Origin: Candidatus Magasanikbacteria bacterium CG1_02_41_34
Lineage (GTDB): Bacteria; Patescibacteriota; Patescibacteriia; Magasanikbacterales; UBA922
DNA: 46,564 bases
Reading direction: 5' to 3'
Assembly: GCA_001871445.1 (NCBI GenBank)
Contig: MNVD01000016.1
Span: forward strand, 1-46,564
Every line of letters starts with the position of its first letter. Position 1 is the first letter of the stretch. A program made the translations under genes and the position numbers. Shown piece by piece: positions 46,201-46,564 of the stretch. Under the pieces are notes generated by a model. That model was not told the origin of the DNA and ran no database searches. It saw only the letters and a list, made by a program, of their open reading frames with translations.

Positions 46201-46564
46201 TGCCTGTATTTTTTATCGTCAGTGGGATGGTGGCAGATATATCAACGGGAGATACGCGTATCGTGACTGTGGATGGTAAAAATATTCCGTCATATACTGT
46301 AGGTACTTCAGGCTCTACAGTTTCCTCTATTACAACAACTTCTGTAGATTCGACCAATGCTACTTCTTGGGCTTGCGACTCATCATCATGATGAAATATA
46401 TTTTTGAAGAAGTTTGTTATGTTGTGGAAGATTGAGGTGTTTGGCTTCGGTTCTATTGATTCTGACTGTTCAACAAATACTTCTTCGCTGTCTTGATTAT
46501 TCACTTTGAAAATAATACTTGCATAATTATTTTTTGACCACGCAAGTTTGAACTGTTCAATTGT
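43208..46564 (-). CDS. Giant modular surface protein (NBR1-Ig-like, FN3, lamin-tail domain, beta-helix), 5' end beyond the window
   Basis: The frame stays open upstream of the track start to 46564 (TIEQFKLAWSKNNYASIIFKVNNQD); IKNTGNTTW, YIFRIRAFD, IVNEIAWGG..EWMELKN, SPYVLSSEVTIPEGKTLVVDPG. Confidence 0.85.
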   Translation of the reverse strand, partial: TIEQFKLAWSKNNYASIIFKVNNQDSEEVFVEQSESIEPKPNTSIFHNITNFFKNIFHHDDESQAQEVALVESTEVVVIEETVEPEVPTVYDGIFLPSTVTIRVSPVDISATIPLTIKNTGNTTWKSNELSLNVVGGVGQNSAWYADAWKTKLRPAVISTAVGPGEEVLIRIPITLASDLTKDFRLQLVKQQGSTFVQVGSSFVTITFQMGAEIFPEESLVQDESILIIPEGKTVIEKIKDVSKVLGDKIIDTTKKVIDTVIPFFYSGGSSDSTTPEEVGSVKETILPSITIDTSFDDAFSLATTTVMLFGTKNLQATSVRSSIASTSFSFTSTTWEAHVPLLEGENVVIFTPIDDVESEGERVVFHIVSDTTPPEIMSFSSVPDTTISTLVHVDWSGNDETSSTIHYALQVNEDESGWNDISTSTTETSYIFSGERPHDYIFRIRAFDPLNNFSEWYESDTSVSLDWPKTAIVNEIAWGGTAGVPTQTRNCPKQEWMELKNTTDSVIDLSGWHLVFTSPTGVTSSLALSGTIDAGEYYLLARREKGQDALVSLSIDMVYEDIELDNAGMTLVLSDAEEHIIDEISFIDAWPAGGPGRSMERIGTGNQWKTTEHMSARGQANGCTNVLYGSPLQPNDRLWVLQNPFDQYPSLIDENGVLTLSVDHSPYVLSSEVTIPEGKTLVVDPGVTIIGNSAKATLIVEGAMIMNGTEELPARLTSSGIASDASWKNTFFGHGNPSPGDWSHIDVAGGGVLEMHYTEVSYGGDPFVTSNGFVYGTAQSQVIRTSGNITLDHVHLTNSYIHTNPNYTQYNAAIWMNGGSVVIINSEFDTGGIAIKNTPHSSGSVTIADTKFSNFTYPNGLIILDGVFPQLSGNNIFSDNVNNIIVVPTYEFSEDTTISSGAYVAFGSVTIPESVTLTVEEGGGIGIGSKNAFHIYGTLKTLGTAVSPVLINGWSGGWGRMIFYPGSHGELSYTHIAGGGETYNRERVMMDLSSADVSFDHTDISGGKWPGILLRIRNSDTTFSHDTIHFYTEWEKTFASWIMTAIDIRGGTTLMDSVFIRDVKYGIWGDSNTDVTAKNMDSTNFEHIAYSKWLPGSLLEFISDELPPDTTSALESI

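Noticed and set aside
3079-46564. Alternative genetic code (TGA recoding as in Gracilibacteria)
   Set aside because: Housekeeping genes are full length under code 11, and TGA serves as a stop (e.g. nth).

Overview
AT-rich bacterial chromosomal window, most consistent with a Patescibacteria/CPR genome (inference from gene content and style). Code 11, most genes on the minus strand. From left to right it holds: a partial RCC1-repeat surface protein missed by the ORF track; yraN and a frameshifted four-helix-bundle gene; an oxidative pentose-phosphate cluster (pgl, zwf, gnd, pgi/pmi) with grx, nth and tspO; a PQQ-type dehydrogenase; an ABC-2 transporter and a MacAB-like system; RNase P RNA and tRNA-Leu(GAG); a DAGK-like protein and a bactofilin; a 7TM histidine kinase next to a GC-rich SAM methyltransferase and a MazEF-like pair; argS, tyrS and valS; a DHH protein; two tandem gpmI, eno, pgk and gap; and a partial giant surface protein. 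The most interesting layers are (1) a candidate methyltransferase/sensor-kinase signalling pair, (2) small genes bracketed by inverted arrays of 6-8 nt repeats, with an empty site and in-frame copies inside argS and pgk, (3) three GC-rich self-contained orphan cassettes, (4) a MazF-like toxin with His/Glu at the usual Arg/Thr catalytic positions, and (5) one 17-nt hairpin occupying three peripheral positions of the RNase P RNA. No CRISPR array, transposase, integrase or reverse transcriptase was seen. All family assignments come from motif recognition by eye, without database searches.
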